A stretch of 64,000 nucleotides of DNA, taken from positions 4,526 through 68,525 of the forward strand of contig CALTTF010000002.1 of the NCBI GenBank assembly GCA_943908385.1, in the 5' to 3' direction. The translations under genes and the position numbers were made by a program. This stretch comes from an uncultured Corynebacterium sp. Lineage in GTDB: Bacteria > Actinomycetota > Actinomycetes > Mycobacteriales > Mycobacteriaceae. Numbering within the stretch: position 1 is the first letter of the stretch; the number at the start of each line of letters is the position of its first letter. Under the pieces are notes generated by a model, which saw only the letters and a list, made by a program, of their open reading frames with translations, was not told the origin of the DNA and did not search any database. Below, piece by piece: positions 31,862-44,191 of this stretch.

Positions 31862-32510
31862 TGTGATCACCTTTCTTGGAGCGTGCCAATAATTGGTCGA
31901 CGCACCGCTGCAAAATCACCGGTCCCTGTGGGGTCAGGATGGACTCGGGGTGGAACTGGAGGCCGATCGACATGCCGTCAGTGGTCTCAGCGGCCATGAC
32001 CACGTCGCCGAACTCGGCGGGCACCCGCGCCAGAGCCACGAGTCCTTCGGGCACATCCACGGTGCCGAGGGAGTGGTACCGCGCCACCGGGACCAGGCGG
32101 CCGGGAATGTCGCGGTGCTGGGGGCCGGAGTCGGTGGTGAGGCCGTCGAAAAGCGGATTCCCGATGCCCTCGTCGGTGAGGTGCATGGTTTCGCTGATGC
32201 CGTGGACTGGTCCGCACGGTGCGACGCGGCCGCCGAAATGCTCGACGAGGGCCTGGTATCCGAGGCAGATGCCGAGCAGAGGGATGCGGCCCTGGACGCG
32301 ATCGATGAGCTCCATCATGCAGCCCGCGTCGGCCGGATAGCCGGGTCCGGGCGAGAGAATGATGATGTCCGGTTCGGCGGCGAGGACGCGGTCGACCGTG
32401 ACGGTGTTGCGGAAGACGGTGAATTCGACGTCGGGAAGCGTCGACAGGGCGTCGACGAGGTTGTAGACGAAGGAATCGCGGTTATCCAGCAGAACAATGC
32501 GGGCGCTCAT
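31854..32510 (-). CDS. trpG: Anthranilate synthase component II
   Basis: LDNRDSFVYNL, SPGPG, LGICLGYQ, RYHSL, QFHPES; ATG overlaps the trpE stop (ATGA). Confidence 0.97.
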   Translation of the reverse strand: MSARIVLLDNRDSFVYNLVDALSTLPDVEFTVFRNTVTVDRVLAAEPDIIILSPGPGYPADAGCMMELIDRVQGRIPLLGICLGYQALVEHFGGRVAPCGPVHGISETMHLTDEGIGNPLFDGLTTDSGPQHRDIPGRLVPVARYHSLGTVDVPEGLVALARVPAEFGDVVMAAETTDGMSIGLQFHPESILTPQGPVILQRCVDQLLARSKKGDHNG

Positions 32511-34048
32511 CGGTTCACCTCCACTTCCTGGCCGGAGGCCATCGCGATGGCGTTGAGCACGGCATACGCCTTGTGAAGGGTCTCGTCGGCCTCTGCTTGG
32601 GGCACGGAATCGCGCACGACGCCGGCGCCGGCCTGCACGGTAGCCACTCCCCCATGGACGTAGGCGGAGCGGATGACGATGCACGTGTCGAAGTCGCCGT
32701 TGCCGCGTAGGTACCCCACCGCCCCGCCGTAGGAGCCGCGGCGGACGCCTTCGTGCTCGCGGAGGAGCTCGGTGGCGCGCAGCTTCGGGGCGCCCGTCAA
32801 CGTGCCCATATTCATCGACGCGCGGTAGGCGTCGAGCGCGTCGAGGTCGGCGGCGAGGGTCGCGGTCACGCGGGAAACGAGGTGCATGACGCGCGAGTAG
32901 CGGTCGACCTGTAGCAACTCGCGGACTTGGCGGGTGCCGGGCTCAGCGACGCGTGCCATGTCGTTGCGCGCGAGGTCGACGAGCATCGTGTGCTCCGCGA
33001 TCTCCTTCGCGTCGGTGCGCAGCTCGAGCTCCATGCGGGTATCCAACTCGTGCGTCGCGCCGCGCGGGCGGGTGCCGGCGATCGGGTACAGCTGCACTTC
33101 GCGGGAGGCGGCGTCGTACTTCAGGTTGGACTCGGGCGACGCGCCGAAGAGCTCGTACGGCTCGCCGCTGCGGTCGAGGCCGCGCACATAGAACATGTAC
33201 GGCGACGGATTCGTCTCGCGCAGGCACTGGTACGCGGCGAACGCATCGGGACACTTCGCCGTGAACGCGCGCGCGGGCACCACTTGATAGATATCGCCGT
33301 TATAAATATCGCTCTTGAGTGTGTCCACGTCGGCGCGGAACGCGGCGTCGTCCATGCTCGTCTCCACGCGCAAAGGTCCTTGCGCGGAGGGAGGTCGGGG
33401 GGCGGGGTGCCCGGCGTCGTCGATAAGCGCGGCGAAGGTGCGCATTCGCTTATCGACGTCCCCTCTGCCCCCGTCTACTCCTGTCAGCCGCGCGGTGCTC
33501 GCGCGGTGGTCGATCGTGAGGACGATATCTGCGAGAATGAACTGGTAGTCGGGGTAGGTGTTGGTGCTCTCGGCGACGTCCGGCAGCTCCTCGAATGTGG
33601 CGAGGTAGTCGAAGGCGAAACCGCCGACGAGCATGGGCAGCGTCGCGTGCTCGGTGTCCGTGTAGCCGGCGTCGAAGGCGAGCGCGCGCAGCACGTCCGC
33701 GGAACTCGGGGCCGTGAGGCGCTCACGCTCGTTGTCAGCGTCCACGGGCGGGAAGTGGAAGGTGCGCTCCCCTGTCGCGTACTTGCTGAGCTGGTCGTGG
33801 AGCCGGTCCGCGATCGCCTCCCCGTCCGGGCTGAGCACGTCGACCGTGACTTTCGGGCCGTTGCACGTGACACGCAGGGAGGCGCCGAGGACGGCGACCG
33901 ACTGGAGGCCGGACTTCGTGGTGATGTCGGCGCTTTCGAGCAGCACCGCATCCGTCATGTCCGTTCCGCCGAGGCTGGCGAACAGGCTCGACGCGTCGGC
34001 GTGGTAGCGCACCTCGCGGTGCGTGACCTGCGGGCGGAACTCGCTCAC
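32507..34048 (-). CDS. trpE: Anthranilate synthase component I
   Basis: LLESADITTK, NPSPYMF, PIAGTRPRG, EHTMLVDLARND, GTLTGAPK; GAAAGGAGG RBS. Confidence 0.98.
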   Translation of the reverse strand: MSEFRPQVTHREVRYHADASSLFASLGGTDMTDAVLLESADITTKSGLQSVAVLGASLRVTCNGPKVTVDVLSPDGEAIADRLHDQLSKYATGERTFHFPPVDADNERERLTAPSSADVLRALAFDAGYTDTEHATLPMLVGGFAFDYLATFEELPDVAESTNTYPDYQFILADIVLTIDHRASTARLTGVDGGRGDVDKRMRTFAALIDDAGHPAPRPPSAQGPLRVETSMDDAAFRADVDTLKSDIYNGDIYQVVPARAFTAKCPDAFAAYQCLRETNPSPYMFYVRGLDRSGEPYELFGASPESNLKYDAASREVQLYPIAGTRPRGATHELDTRMELELRTDAKEIAEHTMLVDLARNDMARVAEPGTRQVRELLQVDRYSRVMHLVSRVTATLAADLDALDAYRASMNMGTLTGAPKLRATELLREHEGVRRGSYGGAVGYLRGNGDFDTCIVIRSAYVHGGVATVQAGAGVVRDSVPQAEADETLHKAYAVLNAIAMASGQEVEVNR

Positions 34049-34077
34049 GGCTGCGGCCTCCTTTCTGACATGAGAGA

Positions 34078-34509
34078 TTACCTGTCGTCCGCCTGGCGGG
34101 CGGCGTTTCGGAGCGCCCCGAGATCGACCTGCGGTGCTGGCGCGGCGTCGGCCCCGGCCTGGTTCTCCCTCGCCTCCGTGAAGAGCCGTGCCGCGCGTGC
34201 GCCCTGGTTACCCGCCGCCGCGACGGCAGCGACCGCGACGACAGCGAGGACGACGGGGACGGCCCACAGCCAACCGTTAGCGATGAATGCAAATGCGGAA
34301 CCGAAGGCGAGAGCGAGGCCTCCGAGAATTAAATACGGCCCGGCGACCTTGTGCGCTTGGATCCAGATCTCCTCGTCCTTGCGCACCTCCGGCACGTGCA
34401 GCCCGACCACGTTGTTGCCGGGCAAACGTCCCAGGGCAGCGAGCACACCCGGGATCAGGAGCGCGAGCGCGAAGACAATGAAGACGACACCGATAACCAC
34501 ACCAGTCAT
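34078..34509 (-). CDS. trpP: SdpI-family membrane protein annotated TrpP in corynebacteria
   Basis: LPGNNVVGLHVPEVRK...AHKVAGP motif; position upstream of trpE. Start ATG 34509 with -10-like TAGACT 9 nt upstream (leaderless or nearly so). Confidence 0.8.
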   Translation of the reverse strand: MTGVVIGVVFIVFALALLIPGVLAALGRLPGNNVVGLHVPEVRKDEEIWIQAHKVAGPYLILGGLALAFGSAFAFIANGWLWAVPVVLAVVAVAAVAAAGNQGARAARLFTEARENQAGADAAPAPQVDLGALRNAARQADDR

Positions 34510-34694
34510 AATTCTCGAGTCTACTTTCCGTGTGGTCCAGGGCACGTTATTGGGGGTCCTGGGGAAACGGCAGTTTCCATCTGGGAGGGGGTGTCGGCAA
34601 GAATAGTAATTAATAAGGTGCAATGCTGCCTTATTCATTTCCCGTAACTGACGCCTGACCGACCGAATCAGGCACTCCGAGCAAGGGGTAAAAC

Positions 34695-35921
34695 ATGAAC
34701 ACCAAGACGATCACGAGGTCGCTGTTGTTCTGGATCGTCGTGGCCATCGTGCTCGGCATCAGCTGCAGCTTCTTCTTCCCTGAGTGGCTCGCCCGCATTT
34801 TCATCACGTTCAACGGGCTCTTCTCTAACTTCCTGGGCTTCTTCGTCCCGGTCCTCATCTTCGCGCTGATCACTCCCGCGATCGCCGGCCTCGGCCGCGG
34901 CGCGGGCAAGTGGCTGGGCATCACCGCCGGCATCGCCTACGGTTCGACCATCATCTCCGGTCTGATCGCCTGGGCCCTGTCCACGGCGCTGTACCCGTGG
35001 CTGCTCGGCGACCAGAGCCTCGACACAAATGTTGAGGATGTGGAAGCCGGCGGCCTCTCCCCCTTCTTCGAGGTGGAGATCCCCGCCCCGTTCGAGGTGA
35101 TGACCGCGCTCGTGCTCGCCTTCTGCCTCGGCCTGGCCATGACCGCCGTGAAATCCGAGACCATGTACAAAGTCGCCACGGAGCTCGAAGGCGCAATCAT
35201 GAAGGTGGTCACCTCCTTCGTGATCCCCCTGCTTCCGCTGTTCATTTTCGGCATCTTCCTCAACCTCGGCATGAACGAGAACATGGGTGCCACCATGGCG
35301 GCATTCGGCAAGGTGCTGCTGCTTTCCGTGCTCATGACGATCGTGCTGCTCGTCGTCCAGTACCTCATCGCTGGTGCCGTCGCGGGCGTCAACCCGTTCA
35401 CAGCCCTGCGCAATATGCTTCCGGCCTACTTCACCGCCCTGGGCACCTCGTCGTCCGCAGCGTCGATTCCGGTGACGCTGCGTTCCACGCTGAACAACAA
35501 GGTCGACGAGAATGTCGCCGGCTTCGTCGTTCCGCTGTGTGCGACGATCCACCTGTCCGGCTCGATGATGAAGATCGGCCTGTACGCCTTCGCCGTCATC
35601 TACATGGGCGGGCTCGATGTGTCGCCGGGGCTGTCCCTCGGCTTCATTCTCCTGCTGGGCATCATGATGATCGCCGCCCCGGGCGTTCCCGGCGGCGCCA
35701 TCATGGCGGCGACCGGCCTGCTCGCTTCCATGCTCGGCTTCAACGACGAGATGGTCGCCCTCATGATCGCGGCCTACATCGTCGTCGACTCCTTCGGCAC
35801 CGCGGCCAACGTCACGGGCGACGGCGCGATCGCGCTCGTGCTCAACCGCTTCGCGTCGGGCAAGATCGAAGGCCACAAAGACGACGAGAGCAAGGAGCTT
35901 GACGACGCCACCGTGGCGTAG
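34695..35921 (+). CDS. Dicarboxylate/amino acid:cation symporter
   Basis: ALGTSSSAASIPVT, PLCATIHLSG, APGVPGG, DSFGTAANVTGD. Confidence 0.94.
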   Translation: MNTKTITRSLLFWIVVAIVLGISCSFFFPEWLARIFITFNGLFSNFLGFFVPVLIFALITPAIAGLGRGAGKWLGITAGIAYGSTIISGLIAWALSTALYPWLLGDQSLDTNVEDVEAGGLSPFFEVEIPAPFEVMTALVLAFCLGLAMTAVKSETMYKVATELEGAIMKVVTSFVIPLLPLFIFGIFLNLGMNENMGATMAAFGKVLLLSVLMTIVLLVVQYLIAGAVAGVNPFTALRNMLPAYFTALGTSSSAASIPVTLRSTLNNKVDENVAGFVVPLCATIHLSGSMMKIGLYAFAVIYMGGLDVSPGLSLGFILLLGIMMIAAPGVPGGAIMAATGLLASMLGFNDEMVALMIAAYIVVDSFGTAANVTGDGAIALVLNRFASGKIEGHKDDESKELDDATVA

Positions 35922-35949
35922 TTCTTCCAGCCTCTCCCCTAGGGGCCCA

Positions 35950-35965
35950 TGTTTCACGTGAAACA
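35950..35965. other. parS centromere site (intergenic)
   Basis: Perfect TGTTTCACGTGAAACA inside a longer palindrome. Confidence 0.95.
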
Positions 35966-36029
35966 TGGGCTCCTTCTTTTGGTTTTCTCGTGTCTCTACA
36001 AGCTTTCTCGGCAGCGCTATCATGTGTCC

Positions 36030-37475
36030 ATGAACGGTAAGCAGGTCTTGGCAACTATCGGCATCGCGGCGGCACTGGCAGCCGGCGGAACTGCGGCGGG
36101 ATACGCCATGACGGACATCCCGGACCCGACCCAGTTCGCGGTGGAACAGGGGGTTGCCCCGCAGGTGACCATCGACGACCCCGACGACGTCCTCTCCCCC
36201 GACGACGAGGAGCGGATGATCAAAGACGCCGAGCGCCTGGACACCCCGGCCGTGGTGAAGGATCTGCACTACATGGTCTTCGCCACCAACCACGAGAATG
36301 TCTTCGACACCGTCGAGGAGTATGTCCGCGACACCTATCCGGAGATGATCGGCAACGCGGAGAACGAGGACAACCGCTTCGCCGACGGCACGATGATCAT
36401 CGGTGTGGGGCTCGATCCCCGGCAGGCGTTCGGATACTACGGCGACGACGTTGCCGCGGAGCTGAAGGTCGACCATGGCCAGCGCGACTCTGAGGTGCTG
36501 GACGCCATGAAGCCGGGCGTGAGCGACGGAAATATTCCCGCCGGACTCTTCGCCGCCGCCCGCACTGCGATGGACACTGACGCGGCCGCCAACTATTCGG
36601 TGGACAGCGCCGAGGACGACCGGGTCGGCGCGATGCTCGGCCTCGGCGGAGCCGGACTGGGTCTGGGCACCGCCGGTGCCGTCACCGGTTTCGGAATCAC
36701 CAACAGCCGCCGGAAGAAGATCGCGCAAGCGCGTGAGGACTATCAGGCCATCACCTCGGAATACTCGACTCTGGCTGGTCGCCTCGACCAGATCGACATC
36801 CGCGCCAACTCCGTGTCGTCGGCCTTCGCCGACGCGGAGCTGCGCAAGCAGTGGGCCGAGGTGCGCGACACCTTCTTCGGCTACCACGACGCTGTCAGCG
36901 GCGCCGGCGGCATCGGCGATATCGATATCGACGATGACAAGGCGGCCTTGCGCAACCACAAGAAGCTCCGGCAGACAGCCGAGTCCGTCGAGCACGTCTC
37001 CAACGCGGAGGACAACATCAACCGCCTCTTCGAGATCGAGCAGGGCGACGCCGCCAGCCGCCGCGCCGCGCTCACCGATATCCGCGAGGACGTGATCATC
37101 GCCAAGCACAAGGTGAACGACTCCCAGCTGAAGGGCGACCTCGAAGAGCTCGGCCGCCGCATCGACCAGCTCGACGCTAACCCCAGCTCCCCCACCTTCG
37201 TCGACGATTTCGTGCGCATCCTCGGCGACTACCGCCTGCTTCTCGATCAGGTGAAGAAACGCGAATTCTCCGACGTCAAGGAATACGAGCCCCTCCGCCG
37301 GCCCGCGATCTACGACAGCGGCTACAACTACTACGGCTATGTCCCCTTCGTCGTCATGGACAGCTGGCACGACAGCAATGTTCAAACACACGAGAGCTAC
37401 AGCTCGTCTTCGGGTACGTCTGCTGGCGTCTCATCCTCCGGCTTCTCCGCCGCGGGAAGCTCCTCGTCGTTCTAG
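36030..37475 (+). CDS. DUF5129-like (TPM-related) membrane protein
   Basis: N-terminal signal/TM, DPDDVLSPDDEERM, IIGVGLDPRQ, second TM, Ser/Gly-rich end SGFSAAGSSSSF; TATCAT -10 six nt before the ATG. Confidence 0.75.
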   Translation: MNGKQVLATIGIAAALAAGGTAAGYAMTDIPDPTQFAVEQGVAPQVTIDDPDDVLSPDDEERMIKDAERLDTPAVVKDLHYMVFATNHENVFDTVEEYVRDTYPEMIGNAENEDNRFADGTMIIGVGLDPRQAFGYYGDDVAAELKVDHGQRDSEVLDAMKPGVSDGNIPAGLFAAARTAMDTDAAANYSVDSAEDDRVGAMLGLGGAGLGLGTAGAVTGFGITNSRRKKIAQAREDYQAITSEYSTLAGRLDQIDIRANSVSSAFADAELRKQWAEVRDTFFGYHDAVSGAGGIGDIDIDDDKAALRNHKKLRQTAESVEHVSNAEDNINRLFEIEQGDAASRRAALTDIREDVIIAKHKVNDSQLKGDLEELGRRIDQLDANPSSPTFVDDFVRILGDYRLLLDQVKKREFSDVKEYEPLRRPAIYDSGYNYYGYVPFVVMDSWHDSNVQTHESYSSSSGTSAGVSSSGFSAAGSSSSF

Positions 37476-37495
37476 TTTCGGCCTAGAATCAAGTC

Positions 37496-38026
37496 ATGGT
37501 CTCCATCTTTTACGCCAGCTTCTACGGCTCCACTAAGCAATACGCGGACGCGCTCGCCGCACAGTTCGGCGTGAACCCGCAGGAGATCAACGAGAACAGC
37601 GCATCGCTTATCGACGCCTCCACTGCCGACCCGATAGTCATCCTCGCTCCCATTCACGGCCCGTCCCACCCGGGGGTGAAGTTGATCAAAGAGCTGCCGG
37701 AGGACGTCGTGAAGCGCCGCCCCATCGCTCTCGCCACCGTCGGCATGACTCTCGAGCACGTCGCGTACGACCAGGACCCGACCGGGCGGCTTCTGGGCGA
37801 CCGGGCAGGTTACATCCACCGCTTCTACCTCCCCGGCCGCTTGTTCTACTCCGAGCTGAGCCGCAAGCACCGCAACATCATGAAGGGCGTCGTGAGCGCA
37901 ATGAAGATGTTGCGCAGCAGCGGCGAGAACGAGCGGATGATGATTGAGACCTACCGCAAAGATGTCGACCGCGTCGACCTGGGCAAGCTCGCGCCCGTCG
38001 CCGCGTGGGTGGGCAATAACACGTAG
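37496..38026 (+). CDS. Flavodoxin-domain protein (HemG-like long-chain), paralog 1
   Basis: IFYASFYGSTKQYA FMN-binding loop, FYLPGRLFYSEL. Confidence 0.82.
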   Translation: MVSIFYASFYGSTKQYADALAAQFGVNPQEINENSASLIDASTADPIVILAPIHGPSHPGVKLIKELPEDVVKRRPIALATVGMTLEHVAYDQDPTGRLLGDRAGYIHRFYLPGRLFYSELSRKHRNIMKGVVSAMKMLRSSGENERMMIETYRKDVDRVDLGKLAPVAAWVGNNT

Positions 38027-38058
38027 CCTGCGACGTGGATCAGAGCTAGCGTGGAAGC

Positions 38059-38586
38059 ATGAGTACCACGATCTTCTACGCCACCCTGTACGGCTCGACC
38101 AAACAATACGCTGAAGCACTCGAAGACCGGCTTGGAGTCGAGGCCCACGAAATCGACGATAAGAGCGCAGAGCTTATCGACGCCTCCTCTACCGACCCCA
38201 TCGTCGTCTTCTCCCCCGTTCACGGCTCTTTCATCCGTGGAGCGAAGTTCCTGAATGAGCTCGGCGCGGATGTCGTCCAGAATCGCAAAGTGTGCCTCGC
38301 AGCAGTCGGCATGGCACTCGATGGCGTGAATGCGGAACTCGACCAGGCGGGCATTATCCTCGGCGATTTGGCCGACCAGGTGAAGCGCGTGTACCTTCCC
38401 GGCCGCATCAATTACTCCGAACTCGAGCCTGAGCACCACGCCATCCTCGAGTCCCGCATCGACAAGTTGAAGGAGAAGGACGAACCGTCGGTGAACGAAC
38501 AGATGCTGATCGACACCTTCGGCGAAGGAATTGACCGTGTCGATCTGAACCGGCTCGACGAGATCGTGGAGTGGCTGGAGGGCTAA
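38059..38586 (+). CDS. Flavodoxin-domain protein (HemG-like long-chain), paralog 2
   Basis: IFYATLYGSTKQYA, YLPGRINYSEL, DRVDL; aligns with paralog 1. Confidence 0.82.
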   Translation: MSTTIFYATLYGSTKQYAEALEDRLGVEAHEIDDKSAELIDASSTDPIVVFSPVHGSFIRGAKFLNELGADVVQNRKVCLAAVGMALDGVNAELDQAGIILGDLADQVKRVYLPGRINYSELEPEHHAILESRIDKLKEKDEPSVNEQMLIDTFGEGIDRVDLNRLDEIVEWLEG

Positions 38587-38606
38587 AGTCCACTCTCCCT
38601 CCCACG

Positions 38607-38622
38607 TGTTTCACGTGAAACT
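38607..38622. other. parS centromere site (intergenic, 15/16 match)
   Basis: TGTTTCACGTGAAACT upstream of leuS. Confidence 0.85.
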
Positions 38623-38679
38623 TTGCAAGTCCAGTCCAGGCGATGTGTTGGATGATATCGCCTACTACACTGGGTAACC

Positions 38680-41553
<2,874 letters not shown>

Positions 41554-41557
41554 AGGG

Positions 41558-42091
41558 ATGCGGGCACGGCAGCGCGTGACCCGGGGCGCGGCGACAGGCG
41601 CACTACTCGCCTACTCGGGCGTGGTCGTCGCGCTGACCATGCTGAAGCAATTCTTCCGCATCGGCTATCTGTGGGATCCGGCGAAACAGCCCTTTGTCGG
41701 GCACTCGTTCATCCCCTTCCACGAGATTTTCACTGCGTCCTCGTGGTTCGCCCCGCTCTTCGGGTACGGCGGCAACCTAGCGTTCTTCATCCCGATCGGG
41801 CTACTGCTCTACGTCATTGTCGGTCGGGTGAAATGGGCGACCATTGTCGGAGGCGGCTTCAGTCTGGCGATCGAGGCGACGCAATTCTTCGCTGGGCTGG
41901 GTTATACGGATGTTGACGATTTCATCATGAACACCCTCGGTGCCTTCGTCGGTGCGACGATCGCGCGGTGGTGCGGACCGAAGATGCACCGGGTGTGGGT
42001 CGGCTTGACGTTCGCGGCGGTGGCCGTGTTCATCGGTCTCGTTCTCGCAGGTGACAGTCTTGGCGACCCGAGCAAGGTGAAGCAGGTCTAA
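41558..42091 (+). CDS. VanZ family membrane protein
   Basis: GNLAFFIPIG, SLAIEATQF, DVDDFIMNTLGA. Confidence 0.9.
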   Translation: MRARQRVTRGAATGALLAYSGVVVALTMLKQFFRIGYLWDPAKQPFVGHSFIPFHEIFTASSWFAPLFGYGGNLAFFIPIGLLLYVIVGRVKWATIVGGGFSLAIEATQFFAGLGYTDVDDFIMNTLGAFVGATIARWCGPKMHRVWVGLTFAAVAVFIGLVLAGDSLGDPSKVKQV

Positions 42092-42112
42092 CGCGGATCT
42101 AGACTGTGGGCT

Positions 42113-42475
42113 ATGAGCGATCGAGGCTGGTTCACCCGCACCGTGTTCCCCACCGGCACGGAACCCGACCCCCGCTTCACGCTCGCCAATGAGCGCACCT
42201 TCCTGGCCTGGACGCGCACGGCGCTGGCTTTTCTCGCGGGAGGCATCGCGCTGGAGGCATTCGCGTTTCCCGACTTCGACGAACGGTGGCGCGAGGTCGC
42301 GGCCATCACCCTGATTCTCGTCGGGATGGCCATCGCCGTCGGCTCGGCGGTGCGGTGGATCCGGATCGAGCGGGCGCTCCGCCACGAGCATCCGCTGCCG
42401 GCTCCCGCTATTGTGCCGGTGCTGGGTCTCGGGATCGGGATCGCCAGCATTATCGTCCTAGCCGCGTTGTTCTAG
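42113..42475 (+). CDS. YidH/DUF202 family membrane protein
   Basis: DPRFTLANERTFLAWTRTAL. Confidence 0.92.
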   Translation: MSDRGWFTRTVFPTGTEPDPRFTLANERTFLAWTRTALAFLAGGIALEAFAFPDFDERWREVAAITLILVGMAIAVGSAVRWIRIERALRHEHPLPAPAIVPVLGLGIGIASIIVLAALF

Positions 42476-42483
42476 GGACCCGC

Positions 42484-42813
42484 ATGGCGCGCACATCGAT
42501 TCCCGTGGCAGATGCGGGACTGCAAGCAGAGCGGACAGCGCTGGCATGGACACGCACGGCACTGTCGATGATGATCTGTTCACTGACTTTGCTGCGCTGG
42601 TCGGACAACTATTCGGCGCTGGTTTTCGGGGCGATCGGATTGCTGGCGGTGCTCTCGCTGGCGATTATCACGAGAAGTCGGGCGGGATACCGGGACGAGG
42701 CGTTGGGGCTGAGCGAAGAGCATGTGGCGGCCAACGCGTTCGGCGTCTTCGCTGTCACGGCCGGCATGACGGTGCTGGGCGGGCTGGGGCTCTATCTCGC
42801 GGTAGCCGGTTAG
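42484..42813 (+). CDS. DUF202 domain membrane protein
   Basis: DAGLQAERTALAWTRTAL; usual partner of yidH. Start ATG 42484. Confidence 0.88.
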   Translation: MARTSIPVADAGLQAERTALAWTRTALSMMICSLTLLRWSDNYSALVFGAIGLLAVLSLAIITRSRAGYRDEALGLSEEHVAANAFGVFAVTAGMTVLGGLGLYLAVAG

Positions 42814-42824
42814 TCTCGAGTCGA

Positions 42825-44138
42825 TCAGTCCAGGTCGAGGAGAATGCTGAGCACTCCCCTACCGGGCTCGGTGAGAATCGGAGCGGACACGGTGGACGCT
42901 GGTTCGTAAATCCCGAGTGCGATGAGCAAATTGACTGTGAATACAGGGTCAGTTGGAGTGGTGAGAAAGACTGGTGGGCTGCCCAGACCGGCCATGTGCG
43001 CGGCCCAGGTGAGCACCTGTTCGCCGTCGTCGTCGTGGATCATCGCGCAGAAGTGGAAGAACTCCTCCTCGAACATGTAGAGCACCGCCTCGGGGCTCGC
43101 GACCAAATCGAGGGCATCTTCGCTAGCTAGAAGCATGCCGTCCTCGGCCTCGAGGAGCTCCGCGAACTGCAGGAAGGTGCGGAGGGCGCCCAATGCTGGG
43201 ACAGACTCCTCGCGGTGATTGCCGGGGCTGACGTTGAGGCTGAGAGCGTCGGCAAGCGAACGCACGTCTGGAGACCGTAATTTGCCTCGTGCCGTGAGAC
43301 GGATCGGCTCCGCGCAGTGGTTGATGAACGCGCGGATATTGGCGACGATGCGCGTGAACGGATAGAGGGTGTCCTCCATGATTTCCGGGGAATGGTCGGA
43401 GAAGAACTCGGAAATCGCGGCGATCAACGTTGGATTTCGCTCGGGATTGGGGTCGAGCGAGAGGATCTGCTGCAGGTCAGGGCGAGCTTCCATGAAGGAA
43501 TCGAATTCGTGCGAGAGCTCGGGGGAGGGCGATGTGTCGGTGAAATCCTCGTCCGAGTCCAGCATGAGATTCTCTGCGGTGTAGGCGATGCGCTCAGCCA
43601 CGGTGGTGTGGTCGGCCTGGGAGAGGCGCTGAATGAGTCGTTCCGGGCTCATGACAGGCATGAAGCTGAGCAGTAGCGGAGAGACTTTCATGTCCGGGCC
43701 GAGGCCCGCGGCTAGACGGCGCGCCTCGGAGTGGAATGCTGTCATCAGGTCGGGGCCGCCGCAGGGCTCGATGATGTCGGGGCCCAGTACGTCGATAAGC
43801 ATGGGCGACGGGGTGTCGATGTCGCTGACACCGAGGATCTCGAGCTTGATATTCCAGTTCGCGGACGTGTCGTAGACGTACGTCAGCGCGTCGGCGTCGC
43901 CGAGCGTGACATCTGCTTCATTGCGTTCGCCGGCGCTCGGGTTCGGGGAGTAGAGCACAGGTTCCCCGTCGGCGGTGCCCATGTAGAGGTGCGTTGCCAT
44001 GCCAGAGAAGCCGAAGGCGGCGTCGATCACGGGAGCGAACTCGCTGAGATTGACGTCGTCCTCGACATTGACCAAGCGCGAAATTTCCGGGCGTGATCCT
44101 TCGAGGGACATGAGCAACGTGAGGATCATGGTTGCCAC
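42825..44138 (-). CDS. pRiA4b ORF-3-like domain protein
   Basis: LEGSRPEISRLVNV, IDAAFGFSGMATHLY, YVYD...NW, EPCGGP match the family pattern. Confidence 0.65.
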   Translation of the reverse strand: MATMILTLLMSLEGSRPEISRLVNVEDDVNLSEFAPVIDAAFGFSGMATHLYMGTADGEPVLYSPNPSAGERNEADVTLGDADALTYVYDTSANWNIKLEILGVSDIDTPSPMLIDVLGPDIIEPCGGPDLMTAFHSEARRLAAGLGPDMKVSPLLLSFMPVMSPERLIQRLSQADHTTVAERIAYTAENLMLDSDEDFTDTSPSPELSHEFDSFMEARPDLQQILSLDPNPERNPTLIAAISEFFSDHSPEIMEDTLYPFTRIVANIRAFINHCAEPIRLTARGKLRSPDVRSLADALSLNVSPGNHREESVPALGALRTFLQFAELLEAEDGMLLASEDALDLVASPEAVLYMFEEEFFHFCAMIHDDDGEQVLTWAAHMAGLGSPPVFLTTPTDPVFTVNLLIALGIYEPASTVSAPILTEPGRGVLSILLDLD

Positions 44139-44191
44139 CTTACGGCCCGGTGCTCTTCATTGCGGGGTGAAAACTGTGGATGATGTCCACT

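Noticed and set aside
35949..36029. N-terminal extension MFHVKH of the DUF5129-like ORF
   Set aside because: MFHVKH is simply the translation of the parS palindrome; the downstream ATG at 36030 has a properly spaced -10.
38617..38629. RamB-like box GAAACTTTGCAAG upstream of leuS
   Set aside because: It overlaps the parS arm, has mismatches at both ends, and leuS has no evident link to acetate regulation; probably chance.
42825..44138. pRiA4b ORF-3-like gene as evidence of a plasmid or IS
   Set aside because: No transposase, terminal repeats or replication genes nearby; flanked by ordinary chromosomal genes.
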